From positions 1-58,711 of the forward strand of contig CAVTCR010000084.1 of assembly GCA_963733195.1 (NCBI GenBank): a stretch of DNA of 58,711 nucleotides, given 5' to 3'. This document shows positions 21,595 through 36,236 of the stretch, in pieces. Position 1 is the stretch's first letter; each line of letters starts with the position of its first letter. The stretch is from an uncultured delta proteobacterium. GTDB lineage: Bacteria; Desulfobacterota; Binatia; Bin18. The notes under the pieces were generated by a model. That model saw only the letters and a list, made by a program, of their open reading frames with translations. It was not told the DNA's origin and did not search any database. The translations under genes and the position numbers were made by a program.

Positions 21595-23334
21595 TTAAAA
21601 AGCATCTGCCTGCGCAGCAATGCTATCCAGGTCGGCTCTGGTGTATGATCCCAGACTTCTGTAGTTCAATTCGGTGTAATTCTTTATCCACCGATAGGAG
21701 ATCTTCAGGGCTTTCTGGTATCGTTCTTCAGCTTGTCGATACACTGAGGCGCTTTGTCCCGTGTCCTGCAACGCGGCGAGGATGCTCTCGAACTCCTCCT
21801 TAAGCAAACGTTTCACCAGGGCAAAATCGTGGGCCTGACGTGTGGAGGCATCTCTGGCCCCGTGCCGGATGCGCTGCGCGATCTGCGCCACCGAGATCCG
21901 CGCGGTGGCTAGATCTTCCATCAACGCGGGGTGGGTCCCGGGTTTACCGACCAGGGTATCAATCCCTTTTGCCCCCCTCCCATTCAGCCACCCTTCGAGG
22001 TATTCCAGCAGCATTCTGGCATTGCGGCGCGTCCCCTCGAGTGTGATGAGTCCTGCTGGGACCTGGAGTGAGAAAGGATAGTGGTCCGGGTTCGCCATCT
22101 CCGGGGTCGGCTTCCAGCCCGACGCCTGGAGCGCCTTAAACGGTTCGGCCGCGGTCTGCATATGGAAGATATGCGCCACCCAACCCCGCACGAACCCCTG
22201 CCGCGCCTCCCACTCTTTATCCGCCCGGATAGCTGCGGCCGCCGCCTTATTGACCGCTTCATCCTTGCTCGGGAGTGCCGTAGCCATGCCGCCGATCGGA
22301 ATGGCGCCGCGTTTCAGGCAGACCGCCACTAGACGGCGAAAAATAGTCGCCAGAAACTCGGTCGATTTGATATCGACGCCGAAGCGGTCGGGCCAGACCG
22401 CCGCAGGATCGGTCATAACGAACTCAAGGATGCTAGCCTGAAAATCCCAGCGAGCGGCGTTTAGCCCAGCTCCGTAGGGTCCCAACGCAAACAGTATCTC
22501 CTCCATCTGATACGCCGCCGGCAGCGACTCGATCAGCGGAATGGCTCGGATGACGGCGTTTTTGAGAAAGTCCAAGTGCTCCTGGCTTGCGGCAAAGAAC
22601 TCTTTCCAGAAACTGGCTTCGGCGGCAGCTTCCATTTTCGGGAGGTAGAAATAAATGCCCTGCCCTCGTTCGGCCTGCGCCCTACCGGCGTAGAAAAGTG
22701 TCAGTGCGGTCCCAAGGATACTCGCCGGTATCGGATTCCCATCGACCGTCACCTCCGGTTCATCCAGAAGCAGCCCGCGTTCCCGGTGCATGAAGAAAGG
22801 GAGTTCGCCCGGCTCGAGCCTGTACTCTTTGCCCTTTTCAGCGTCGTGATACCGCAGGGTGCGCTCGACTGCTTGTTTTCGGTTCAAGGCTGCCCGCACC
22901 GTGTCCTCGAAACGATGTCCGGCCGAATCCTCATCATCGTCCAGATCCCCTTCCGCCCGAATTCCTTCTGGTCCGGGATTGAGCCCGTTGATGAACATGC
23001 CCGTCATTGCCGCAGGACCGGAAATCTCAATCCCCGGCTTCTTCAACTCGTCAGGCACCGGAGCAACCTGCCACTCCCCGGTCTGAGCTTCGGTGCGCGA
23101 AGGGTAAGTGGGCAGCACGCCTTCGTGCAGCGCGCGCGCCAGCACTGCGGCGCGTTGCTGGCGAAAGAGGTGGATTTGCGGCGTGAAGCGTTGATGGAGG
23201 AAGACCAGATAATCCACGAACGAGGGAGTAAAGAGCTCAGTAGCCCCTTCGACCGCAGCAAAGCTCACCCGCGCCGCCGTCGGGCCTGCTGGACTCACAG
23301 CGGTCAAGGGACTGCGAGTGGAATCGACTGCCAT
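21595..23334 (-). CDS. Malate synthase (AceB-like, divergent)
   Basis: IEISGP, YFYLPKME, LIESLPA, GLNAARWDF, IGGMAT, DKEWEA..GFVRGWVAH, LMEDLATARISVAQ. Confidence 0.85.
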   Translation of the reverse strand: MAVDSTRSPLTAVSPAGPTAARVSFAAVEGATELFTPSFVDYLVFLHQRFTPQIHLFRQQRAAVLARALHEGVLPTYPSRTEAQTGEWQVAPVPDELKKPGIEISGPAAMTGMFINGLNPGPEGIRAEGDLDDDEDSAGHRFEDTVRAALNRKQAVERTLRYHDAEKGKEYRLEPGELPFFMHRERGLLLDEPEVTVDGNPIPASILGTALTLFYAGRAQAERGQGIYFYLPKMEAAAEASFWKEFFAASQEHLDFLKNAVIRAIPLIESLPAAYQMEEILFALGPYGAGLNAARWDFQASILEFVMTDPAAVWPDRFGVDIKSTEFLATIFRRLVAVCLKRGAIPIGGMATALPSKDEAVNKAAAAAIRADKEWEARQGFVRGWVAHIFHMQTAAEPFKALQASGWKPTPEMANPDHYPFSLQVPAGLITLEGTRRNARMLLEYLEGWLNGRGAKGIDTLVGKPGTHPALMEDLATARISVAQIAQRIRHGARDASTRQAHDFALVKRLLKEEFESILAALQDTGQSASVYRQAEERYQKALKISYRWIKNYTELNYRSLGSYTRADLDSIAAQADAF

Positions 23335-23440
23335 AGCGCCGTCTCCTTTTTTCGCTTGTTATGCTGCTCTGGCGGGGCACCTGTCAATTAGGCTCCGAGG
23401 GTGTGGTTGCCATCCTGAACAAGATATGAAGCACCATCCT

Positions 23441-24289
23441 TTAACCCAACGCGAACGCCACATCTAAAAATTGGACCTGTACCGAAGAGAGTCGCCAGCC
23501 CGAAGCCTGGCAATTCTCCTCGATGCGGGCCAGTGTATTCGATTTGGGAATGACGATGACATTGGGTCGGGAGGTGCACCAGTTCAGCGCCACCTGCGCC
23601 AGGGTCTTCTGCGTGTAGGTCGCCACCTGCTCCAAGGCTTGCATCCGTCGCATATAGACCGCCACCTGCGGAATGGCTTGCATCCGCCAATTCTGGGGGA
23701 ACCACGAGCGGGTTGCTAAACGTCCATCATCTAACGGCGTATACGCGATAATCGTGATGCGCTGCATGAGACAGTAAGGTAACACATCTCGCTCAATCTC
23801 CCGGCGGTTGAGGTTGTATAAAACTTGGTTGGCGACAATCGGATATTTGCTCATCGCTGCCTGCGCCGCACGCAACTGATCGAGAGAGAAGTTACTGACC
23901 CCGATGAATCTGACCAGCCCCCGATCGACCAAGGTTTCCATGGCGCGCATGGTCTCCTGAATGGGCACTGACCAGTTCGGCCAATGGATCTGGTACAGAT
24001 CAATACAGTTCGTATCCAGCCGACGCAGACTGGCCTCTGCCGCTCGTAGCACGTCGTCGTAGTGCAGGTGGTCTGGCGACACTTTGGTGGCAAGGAACAC
24101 GCGCTCACGCATGCCTTTGATTGCCTGACCGACGACGTCTTCTGTGCCGTAGATTTCCGCAGTGTCGATGAGGAATGCTCCGAGCTCAATAGCTCGTCGC
24201 AAGGGCTCAACCCCCCCGCTATACTTCCACACCCCCAGTCCAACCTCCGGCACCATCACGCCAGTGTTGCCGAGTGGTTTCAATTCCAT
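23441..24289 (-). CDS. Aldo/keto reductase
   Basis: LIDTAEIYG, IDLYQIHWP, IGVSNF, IPKS. Confidence 0.92.
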   Translation of the reverse strand: MELKPLGNTGVMVPEVGLGVWKYSGGVEPLRRAIELGAFLIDTAEIYGTEDVVGQAIKGMRERVFLATKVSPDHLHYDDVLRAAEASLRRLDTNCIDLYQIHWPNWSVPIQETMRAMETLVDRGLVRFIGVSNFSLDQLRAAQAAMSKYPIVANQVLYNLNRREIERDVLPYCLMQRITIIAYTPLDDGRLATRSWFPQNWRMQAIPQVAVYMRRMQALEQVATYTQKTLAQVALNWCTSRPNVIVIPKSNTLARIEENCQASGWRLSSVQVQFLDVAFALG

Positions 24290-24321
24290 GGGAATACCCT
24301 CCCTTCGATACGCCAGAACCT

Positions 24322-24669
24322 CTAGGGATAATCCATCGTACGCTCTTGTTGGGAAGCCTCCTCTGCAGGCCGCAACTCATCCACCACGCCTAGAAACTCT
24401 TCAAAGGGCAACGCCGGCAGCGTGCGAACCTCATAAGTCCCATGGCCGGCTGCCAACACGCCCCGGCGAAAGAGGTGTTTGATCGTGTCTCTGTCCGGCA
24501 CTTCAATGATTGACACAAAGTCGTATTCTCCCAGAGTGGCATAGAGATCCACGACCTTATAGCCCGTCTGGGCAAAGAAGATTTTCGTCTCCTCGTAGAT
24601 TGCTCGGGCTTGCTCGATATTCATTGCACCCTCGCGGGTGAGCTTCAACAGGACAACGGCGCGCGCCAT
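24322..24669 (-). CDS. GYD domain-containing protein
   Basis: LYATLGEYDFVSIIEVPD; RBS AGGAGG. Confidence 0.8.
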   Translation of the reverse strand: MARAVVLLKLTREGAMNIEQARAIYEETKIFFAQTGYKVVDLYATLGEYDFVSIIEVPDRDTIKHLFRRGVLAAGHGTYEVRTLPALPFEEFLGVVDELRPAEEASQQERTMDYP

Positions 24670-24757
24670 AATGTCACCTCCTTTGTTCCCTCTGGACCGG
24701 CTGCCGGATAGAGAGCGCGTGTGGATGGGCCAACTCTTTAGATCATCTCTTGATTCT

Positions 24758-25117
24758 TCAGCTTTTGATCACCTCACTTAAAGTTCCATCGGGTAATTGA
24801 ACAACAGTAAGAGACTTCAGTATTGCTTGCTCCGACAGGCTGCGCTTGACCTCGTAGCTCCGCACGGTCGGCCTGCCCATAAACAACGGCGCGATTCGGG
24901 TGAAGAGTTCGCGCGCGACCTCCCCATCAGCATACGCCGCCAGATCCTCCTTCGTCTCCCACGTACTGATCCCAACGACCTCGTGATCGGTTTGTAGAAG
25001 CTGAGCGAGCAGACACCCACGGAGTGGCTTCACTCGCTCAACGAACTCGTTCAGCACTCTTAACGCTTCTTGCTCCTTACCCGTCTGGATCGTTCCATAG
25101 AACAGCCGCGTGTGCAT
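24758..25117 (-). CDS. ABM (antibiotic biosynthesis monooxygenase-like) dimeric alpha/beta-barrel protein, copy 2
   Basis: GKEQEAL...GCLLAQLL...ISTWETKEDLAAY; RBS GGAGG; close paralogue of 26207-26521. Confidence 0.8.
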   Translation of the reverse strand: MHTRLFYGTIQTGKEQEALRVLNEFVERVKPLRGCLLAQLLQTDHEVVGISTWETKEDLAAYADGEVARELFTRIAPLFMGRPTVRSYEVKRSLSEQAILKSLTVVQLPDGTLSEVIKS

Positions 25118-25174
25118 ATGCTCCTCCACTCCTGAACGAGTGCTACCTTTTCACTCACTCAGGTATACAGGAAG

Positions 25175-25279
25175 TTATAGTGTAGCGGGTGGCCAGCCCA
25201 GCAGGGGACAGGTGTAATGGATGATCACGACGTCAATGCCGGGTTCCTGGTCTAACCCCATTTTCTTAGGATCCCACAT
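25175..25279 (-). pseudogene. 34-aa N-terminal remnant of the unrecognised glucan-locus protein family
   Basis: Reads MWDPKKMGLDQEPGIDVVIIHYTCPLLGWPPATL*, matching the family N-terminus DQEPGIEMVEIRYTW / DTQPGIELVNIHYTW; absent from the ORF track. Confidence 0.75.
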
Positions 25280-25420
25280 CACGCTTCACCTTTCTTAGGT
25301 GTATCGTCCCTTCTTTATCTCATATAAGGCGACGGAGGCAAGAGTTAAAATGCTACTCGGTGAGCGCCGAGGAGTATATGCAATGGCTGGAAGTGCAGGT
25401 GTCCCTGCTGAAGCAAGAAA

Positions 25421-25527
25421 GTAGGGTGGGTCGTGGCCCACCCTACACTGATATCCCCCCACCGAGATTGCTTCGCGAAGTTTATCCTGAGCGTAATGCA
25501 ATGGAGCCGAAGGGCTCGCAATGACAG
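25421..25527. repeat. REP-like palindromes
   Basis: GTAGGGTGGG-tcgtgg-CCCACCCTAC hairpin and GAGATTGCTTCGCG...GCTCGCAATGACA element. Confidence 0.7.
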
Positions 25528-25553
25528 CCCCGCATCCTCAGTGTGGCGGTGTA

Positions 25554-26195
25554 CTAGATGCTCAAGCGGTAATTCTGCGCGTTATTGTTGTCCCAGGTTT
25601 CAAAATCGTCGTCGGGAATAGGCGAATTGGTACGGAGCAATTGGTAGGAGTACTCAACTGTTGCGCCCCGCGGACCCCATACTTTGGCAACATAACGCCG
25701 CGGTAGGGGCACGGTCTGGATCAGTTCGTAGATGGCATCATCGGCAATGCCTTCTCCCTCACGGTCATGCCCGGCTCCCGTCTCACTGGTTGCAAGGTTA
25801 AGCCCGGTGAGTTTTGCCTGCGTCCAGTTCTGTGCTGCCCACCCGTTGACACCCCAGAGCAGTCGCACCTCCGTGATCCGGCCTTGAGCGTCAACATAGG
25901 GAACTTCCTGCGCGACAATCTCTTCAGTAAAGATTGGAGAAAACTCCTCTCTTCCGCCCCGCACAAATACAAAGCGATAGTGCAATTGATAAGAATCTTT
26001 ATTACCGAGATAGCGAGGAATCTCGATCACTCCCTGGCGGAGACGAGGAGTGGTGTTTGGTACCACCGACAAGACCTCAGTCTCTTCCTGCCCATCCCAC
26101 TTTGCCGCCTCGCCTAACGCTGACCACGTATAGCGGATCTCGACCATCTCGATCCCAGGTTCCTGATCGACCCACGTCTTCGTCAACTGAAACAC
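25554..26195 (-). CDS. Uncharacterised two-domain protein, putative starch/glycogen-binding (family member P2)
   Basis: RBS AGGAGG; C-terminal WDNNNAQNY resembles the WDNNxGxNY signature of CBM21/25/53 modules; shares PLPRRYV.K..GP.GA.V with its paralogues. Confidence 0.75.
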   Translation of the reverse strand: MFQLTKTWVDQEPGIEMVEIRYTWSALGEAAKWDGQEETEVLSVVPNTTPRLRQGVIEIPRYLGNKDSYQLHYRFVFVRGGREEFSPIFTEEIVAQEVPYVDAQGRITEVRLLWGVNGWAAQNWTQAKLTGLNLATSETGAGHDREGEGIADDAIYELIQTVPLPRRYVAKVWGPRGATVEYSYQLLRTNSPIPDDDFETWDNNNAQNYRLSI

Positions 26196-26206
26196 AGTCC
26201 ACCTCC

Positions 26207-26521
26207 TTAAACGGTCTGTGTCACCGCTTGTTTTGCGCGATTCCGCTTGACTTCATAGCTGCGGGCGGTCGGCCTCCCCATAAACAGTGGAGTAATGCGA
26301 GTGAACAACTCACGGGCGATTTCACCATCCGCATACGCAGCAAGGGCCTCCTTGTTTTCCCAGGAACTGATGCCTACGACTTCGCTGCCGTTTTGGAGGA
26401 CTTGACCAAGCAGACAGCCGGGCTCTTGTTGTATCCGGTCAACAAATTCGCGGAGGATAGCCATGGCCTCCTGCTCTTTGCCGGTTTGAATCGTGCCGTA
26501 AAACAAACGTGTATACATCAT
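26207..26521 (-). CDS. ABM family protein, copy 1
   Basis: YTRLFYGTIQTGKEQEA...ISSWENKEALAAY. Confidence 0.8.
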   Translation of the reverse strand: MMYTRLFYGTIQTGKEQEAMAILREFVDRIQQEPGCLLGQVLQNGSEVVGISSWENKEALAAYADGEIARELFTRITPLFMGRPTARSYEVKRNRAKQAVTQTV

Positions 26522-26723
26522 ACTTCTTCCTCTCGTTTCCTCATTTCCCATTTCAGTCCGATATTATAGAACTGGCAGTTCGCGAAAGGTGTGAGAAAGC
26601 GGTAGAACGGTATACCGGCGGAAAGGATATAAGGAGGCAAGGACGTGGAGCTGACTCCGTCTTCCGGCGTTAGCCCGGAATGACGAAGAAGCAAACCCGT
26701 TGCGTATTTCGTACGCTGGTTAC

Positions 26724-27470
26724 TTAAAGCGTATGAACGACATACCCCCAGTAGTCTTCCCATCGCTCGTTGCGGTTCGGGGTCCACATTGCGCCGACAT
26801 GCCAACGCTGGTGCACTTCAGCTCCCTTGGGACCATAGATTTTGCCGACATAGCGACGAGGCAACGGTAATGACGCCAACTTCTCCGAGCGGATACGCGA
26901 GAAATTCTCTTTGTCTTCCGTCCCGTAGAACTTGTGGGAGCGGTGCGTATCGTCCTCGCCAAAACGCGTAATGAACTCCGGCACTTCAGTCGGCTGATAT
27001 TGTGGGGCATCCCAATCGTAGAGGCTCCAGAAGATACACATACCGCCTAAGTTACCCTGGAAGTCAACGTATTCGACTTCTTTACTGACAATCTCCTCGG
27101 TATAGAGCGGACTCTGCTCGCGTTTGCCGTTGCGGAACACCTCATAGTAGTGATGAAAAGAATAGTTCTCAGTGTAACCGGCGGGGTTGGACGGATCCTG
27201 GATCGCCTTGGGCAAGCGGATCACTTTACGGCGCACACCATCGTCGGGAAGCTCGACACGCTCGGACGCCGATTGCACATAGTCTCCGGATTCGGCCACG
27301 GTCGTTCCCCCCATGCCGCGCACGAGCACACCGCCACGTGGCATAGCGCGGGTCTCACGGTGAGCTTCCCAATCAGGAGGTTGTCCGAGGGGCGTCCAGG
27401 TATAGTGAATGTTGACGAGCTCAAGGTCTGGCTCGTTATCAAAGTAGCTCCGCTTAATGTAGAACGACAT
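26724..27470 (-). CDS. Uncharacterised two-domain protein (family member P1)
   Basis: RBS AGGAGA; 248 aa; highly similar to 42667-43410. Confidence 0.85.
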   Translation of the reverse strand: MSFYIKRSYFDNEPDLELVNIHYTWTPLGQPPDWEAHRETRAMPRGGVLVRGMGGTTVAESGDYVQSASERVELPDDGVRRKVIRLPKAIQDPSNPAGYTENYSFHHYYEVFRNGKREQSPLYTEEIVSKEVEYVDFQGNLGGMCIFWSLYDWDAPQYQPTEVPEFITRFGEDDTHRSHKFYGTEDKENFSRIRSEKLASLPLPRRYVGKIYGPKGAEVHQRWHVGAMWTPNRNERWEDYWGYVVHTL

Positions 27471-27734
27471 AGCTCTCTCCTTTTGCTTGTCCCTCGACGA
27501 GATACTGTGCACACCCTCGTTTGTCCTGTGTACCTGCCAGTTTCGCTTCCTCCCGTACCACGGACACCACCGCTTTGCAATGTTAGAAAATCACCTCCTA
27601 AATCGGACCGCAGAAGATTTGTATACTTCCTTACCTATCGTGGGACCTTTCCCGCTCGTCCTGAGCGTACCCTGAGTTTGTCGAAGGGGAAGTCGAAGGG
27701 CTCCTCAGAATGACAAAGCTTGCAAAGTTCCGGC

Positions 27735-29874
27735 CTACTGAGCTAGGCGAAAGACGGCAAGAGAACGGGCCTCTAGAGCATAGGGTTTTCTCGCGCGTAT
27801 CACTCGTTGAGATCGCCGACCAGTGGCCTCTCTCGTGTCAAGCACCAACTCCCAGTGTCCGTCGTCGCGTTGGAGTGGCAGAACGAATGAAAGCGGTTCG
27901 TAATGACCATTGAGCAGGATCAATAACGTGTCGTCGTGAATGCGTTGTCCACGTGTATCAACTTCCTCTATGGCATCACCGGCGAGACGTAGCACAAGGC
28001 TACGAGTATGCCAGTTGTTCCAATCGTCCTCGGTCATTTCTTCCCCATCCGGGCGAAACCAGGTGAGATCCTTCACTTCCGACCCGCGGATACGCCGGCC
28101 ATGAAAGAATCTCCGTCGCCGCAGCACTGGATGCTGATGAAACAGGCGAATGAGGAACTTGGTGAACGCTAACAATTTTGTTGTCCACGGTCGAGTTGCC
28201 AATTCACCCACGAAATGGCGTTGTCCTGACAATAAGCGTTATTGTTCCCTTGCTGCGTTCGTCCGATCTCGTCGCCCGCTAGCAACATTGGCACACCTTG
28301 TGATAAAATCAATGTTGCAAGAAAATTGCGCTGCTGTCGCGCTCGTAATGCAAGGATCGCCGGGTCGTTGGTCTCGCCTTCAGCTCCACAGTTCCAGCTC
28401 AGGTTGTGATTATGACCGTCACGGTTGTCCTCGCCATTGGCGAGATTGTGCTTCTCGTTGTAACTCACGAGGTCTCGCAACGTGAAGCCGTCATGTGCCG
28501 TAATGAAATTAATGCTGGCATGCGGGCGCCGCCCTCCCTCCTCATAGAGATCACTACTACCGGTCAAGCGATAAGCAAGGGTACCTACCAACCCACCATC
28601 GCCTTTCCAGAAACCCCGCACGGTATCGCGATATTCGGCATTCCATTCTCCCCACAACACCGGAAAGTTGCCAACTTGATAGCCACCCTCGCCGAGGTCC
28701 CACGGTTCGGCAATGAGTTTGACCTGTGAAATAACTGGGTCCTGTTGAATGATGTCAAAAAACGCTCCCAACCGATCCACCGCATGGAGTTCCCGCGCCA
28801 AAGCTGCTGCCAGGTCAAAACGGAATCCATCGACGTGCATCTCCAAGATCCAATAGCGCAGGCTGTCCATGATGAGCTGCAACGTGCGCGGATGGGTCAT
28901 GTCCAGAGTGTTACCGCAGCCGGTGTAATCCATGTAGTAGCGCGGGTCGTCGCCTGCCAAACGGTAATACGCAGCATTGTCGATGCCGCGAAAGCAGAGC
29001 GACGGCCCCAAGTGATTGCCTTCAGCGGTGTGGTTGTAGACGACATCCAAAATCACCTCGATACCCTCGCTATGGAGGGCCTTCACCATCGCTTTGAACT
29101 CCGCCACTTGCTGCCCATTGGTCCCTTTCCGGCATAGCGTGCTTCCGGTGCAAAGAAGCCGATCGAGTTATAGCCCCAATAGTTAGTAAGACCACTATCA
29201 AGCAGATGTTTGTCCACAACGAATTGATGCACTGGCATCAGCTCGACAGCGGTAATGCCCAGCGAGTGGAGGTAATCGATGACTTCAGGACAAGTCAAAC
29301 CAGCATAAGTGCCTTGGATCTGCTTAGGCACATCAGGATGACGCGCCGTGAATCCCTTCACATGCAATTCGTAGATGATCGTCTTGTGCCATGGAGTACG
29401 TGGATGCGTATCGTTCCCCCAGTCGAACGTTGGGTCTACCACCACACACTTCGGCATTCCTCCAGCACTGTCTCGTTCGTCATATGACAAATCAGCGTCT
29501 TGGTGTCCGATCGTGTAACCAAACAGTGCGTCACTCCAGCGGACGGTACCAGCGATAGCTTTCGCATAGGGGTCCAAGAGTAACTTGGCCGGGTTAAAGC
29601 GATGACCTTTTGCTGGTTCGTAAGGACCATGGACGCGGTAACCATAGAGCTGTCCTGGCCGGAGACCCGGCAGATAAGCATGCCATACGTGATTGGTATG
29701 CTCTGGCATGCGGATGCGAGCGGTTTCCTGGTTTCCTTCCGGTCCATCGAACAGACACAACTCAACCGCAGTCGCGTTCTGCGAAAACAAGGCGAAATTG
29801 ACTCCTGCTCCATCCCAGGTAGCGCCTAACGGATATGGTTGCCCCGGCCACACATTCATAGGTTCAAGACTCAA
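27735..29874 (-). CDS. glgX: Glycogen debranching enzyme (isoamylase type), two frameshifts
   Basis: [62 protein letters not shown]. Confidence 0.95.
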
Positions 29875-29945
29875 GGTTTATTGGGTCATTTAGTCATCGG
29901 GCCATTGAGGAACACCGCTTTCAATTACTCAATGACTCAATCGCC

Positions 29946-29990
29946 CTAATGATCCAATTCTTCTACCAGCGCTTTTGTTTCCTGCAAGCC
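29946..29990 (-). repeat. Duplicated 3' end of a cyclase gene (LQETKALVEELDH*)
   Basis: Begins right after the HNH stop; matches the cyclase-2 terminus [13 protein letters not shown]. Confidence 0.7.
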
Positions 29991-29991
29991 T

Positions 29992-30405
29992 TCATTGAGG
30001 GGGATGGCGACCCAGCTTTTCTTCCTCTTGCCGAATCGCGAGGATCAATGGTCGATTCATGTCGAGGGCAACTACGGTAGCGCGCCCTGTAGCCGTCTGG
30101 CCAACTACGCGGACATTCTCCCAACGAAAATGCTCAGGCCACCGCTCTTGTCGAGGATGGTAGAGTGTCACCTCTTCTCCAGTCTGTGGGTCAGTCGCGG
30201 TCTGGCGCGCGGCCTTACGCAGTGAGCACGACACGCAGGCTAACGCCAGATTCTCCACGATTGTCTGTCCGCCTGCTGCCACAGGAATAATATGGTCGAT
30301 ATGAAACGTTGCTTCTTGTCCCTCCTGGGAAAGCCCGCAATATTCACAGCGTCCTATGGCGCGTTGGCTCACAAGGCGTCGTACCTCGGCGGGAATATAC
30401 CTCAT
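29992..30405 (-). CDS. HNH endonuclease (putative toxin)
   Basis: RCEYC...FHIDHIIP..GG....NLALACVSC; ATGA coupling to the upstream gene. Confidence 0.9.
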   Translation of the reverse strand: MRYIPAEVRRLVSQRAIGRCEYCGLSQEGQEATFHIDHIIPVAAGGQTIVENLALACVSCSLRKAARQTATDPQTGEEVTLYHPRQERWPEHFRWENVRVVGQTATGRATVVALDMNRPLILAIRQEEEKLGRHPPQ

Positions 30406-30665
30406 TGGTCATGAGACCCTTCGTGCCAAATCCGCTGCGCACGGAGACGTAACAGCGACAGGAGTTCGGCGAGGTTCGCTAGCCCTTCAGCTTCCGAGCG
30501 TTCAGCAGAAGTCAGTGTTTGCCCTTGATCTTGACGATCCAGTAATTCTTGGAGTCGCTCGTTGACACCCGTAGGCAAGGTAAAGGTGGCGAGATCGGTC
30601 GGCATCTCAAGTTCCACGAGAACATGCTGAGGCATAGAGTAGGTCCCTCCTCGGATAAGCGCCAT
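30402..30665 (-). CDS. Small helical partner protein (putative antitoxin)
   Basis: ERLQELLDRQDQGQTLTSAERSEAEGL; coupled to the HNH gene. Confidence 0.7.
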   Translation of the reverse strand: MALIRGGTYSMPQHVLVELEMPTDLATFTLPTGVNERLQELLDRQDQGQTLTSAERSEAEGLANLAELLSLLRLRAQRIWHEGSHDQ

Positions 30666-30719
30666 GATCGTAACCCATCTGACGAGCCACGACCAGCCGT
30701 TTCGTATTCGTGTAATGTT

Positions 30720-34277
<3,558 letters not shown>

Positions 34278-34433
34278 AGCAAGTCCCCCCTCTGACTTGA
34301 CCTCTTATCTGTCATGCTCTCGGACAGGCAGTTGCTTTTTGTCATCGAACGTCAAGGTTCAATGTCCAACGTCTTACGTTTTACGGATTACGTTTTCCGT
34401 TTCACCCATCACGCCTCACGCACACGGTGACAG

Positions 34434-35728
34434 TTACTGTCGCCCGTAGATCACATGGACCCCTGAAGGTTTGAGCTGTCCAGTCTGAAAATCCGGCGTG
34501 TGCTGGAGTTGCCCGTCGGGAGAGATGTCCTGCACCTGTGACATGCCAGTAAAGACGTAGCCCATCTGCGCCAGTTGGCAGGACTGTCCTCGCTGCCGGT
34601 CGGTGTTGAACAACAGCAAGGCTTTCTCTTTGCCGTCGCGCGACGATTTCACCAAGGCAACAACCTTGGAGTTGCCACTCTCTACTCGCTCGATCGGCCC
34701 TTCCTCGTTAAACACACGATACAAACTCTTTAAGTGATTCACACCCGCAATAAACTCACTAATATCCCACTGTGAAGCTTCCCAATCTTGCGGTTGCGTG
34801 TTGACCACGTCGAGTCGCTTACGAAAGCCGTACTCAAAGCCGATGGGTATCATCACACCGGTGGAGAAAAGGCTGAGAAGGCATAGCGCAGTTTGACGGC
34901 TTCCTTATCTCCATGGAGTTCGGTCGCCAAACGCTCGGTATCGTGCGATTCAGGAAAACTAATCGAAGGAACGAGAGGCGCGGTCTGGCGATACTGCTCA
35001 AGGCACCAAGGTTCGGTAAAATCCCACCACTTTGAACTGTTAAAGATGAAGTCGAAACCCGACCGTGCAAGCCGTACCGTGTCCTCGAACGGACAACCCA
35101 GCGATTCGGCAACAAAGAGAGTGCCGGGATGCGACTGCTTGATCTGCCCAATCAGAAACCGCCACAGCTCACCTGGTACCTTGTAAGCTGCATCACAGCG
35201 AAACCCACGAACCCCAAGGGCGGCATAGTGCTCGGTCAGTTGCAACCAGTAACGCCACAAACGATCACGGTCGGGACTGCTCGCATTGTTAACCTCAACC
35301 AAATCACCCCAGGTGACTTTCTTGTCTCCATCCTTGGCACTCGGATGTAACGGCTTGCCATCAGCTCCACGCTTGTACCATTCTGGATGTTCTGTCACGA
35401 GCGGTGAGTCAAACGCAGTGTGGTTAATTACCAAATCCATCATGAGCTTAAGGCCAAGTCGGTTGGCTTCCTGGATCATCTGCGTGAGCTGGGTCATCGG
35501 CGGGTCAGCAGTAGCGTCATCGACCAAGCGCGGATCAATGGCATAGTAGTCTTTGATGGAATACAGGCTGCCGGAGTAACCCGCGTAGTGGAAAGCGTTG
35601 ATAAATACCCAATCGAAACCGAGGCGTTGCGCACGCTCCAGATGCGAGGCCCACTGGGGTAGCGGACCGGCCAACAAAGGAAAAAGATTATAGATACGTG
35701 GGCCAGGGGGGAAATTTGCAGTGCTCAT
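34434..35728 (-). CDS. GH13 alpha-amylase family glycoside hydrolase (one frameshift)
   Basis: DLVINH, GFRCDAA, AESLG and ESHD catalytic motifs. Confidence 0.88.
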
Positions 35729-35747
35729 TGTTTCACCTGGCGTTTTC

Positions 35748-35790
35748 TATGTTCAAAGTTCAAGGTTCAATGTTCAAAGTCAAAGACAAG
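35748..35790 (+). repeat. GTTCAA(A/G/T) heptamer array left of the four-helix-bundle gene
   Basis: gttcaaagttcaaggttcaatgttcaaagtc; inverted counterpart at 36237-36292. Confidence 0.75.
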
Positions 35791-35844
35791 TTTAAGGCTC
35801 AGCGTCCCAAAAGGTTCAACCATGAACGTTTTGGAATCATTGGT

Positions 35845-36228
35845 TACATGTACTTGCTAGCATGTCCGAGGTGCTCAGATATTTCATCAGGCCAGCAGTC
35901 GCCGACTGACTGTTATTGTCCGTTCGACAAGCTCCCGAAACTGCGCGTACAAATGTGGAGTTGGTCAATGGCGCTATAGAGTTGTTGCCACGAACTTACC
36001 ACAAGTCCTTTGGCTAAGATAAAAATTGTAGAAAGGTTCTATTTTTACCACCTCGCTCAAAGCCTCGGCGATATTTGACATGATGGAAACGACAGCACGA
36101 CGAATCTGATCTCGAAGACCGAAATCGCGAGCAAACTGCCCAGTCCCTGTAATCTGGTAGACATCTTTTGTCAGTTCGCGCGCCATCTTCCAGGCATCGA
36201 TATCTTCAAATCGCTCTAGCCGTGCCAC
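35845..36228 (-). CDS. Four helix bundle protein (23S rRNA IVS-protein family), 3' half garbled
   Basis: RFEDIDAWKMAREL...FARDFGLRDQIRRAVVSIMSNIAE; end approximate. Confidence 0.85.
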
Positions 36229-36236
36229 TTGTTGCC

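Noticed and set aside
27735-29874. Programmed frameshifting in glgX, glgA or the GH13 genes
   Set aside because: No consistent slippery sites; indels are widespread and fit sequencing error
35845-36228. Four-helix bundle as the Avd protein of a diversity-generating retroelement
   Set aside because: No reverse transcriptase and no TR/VR pair with adenine-specific differences was seen
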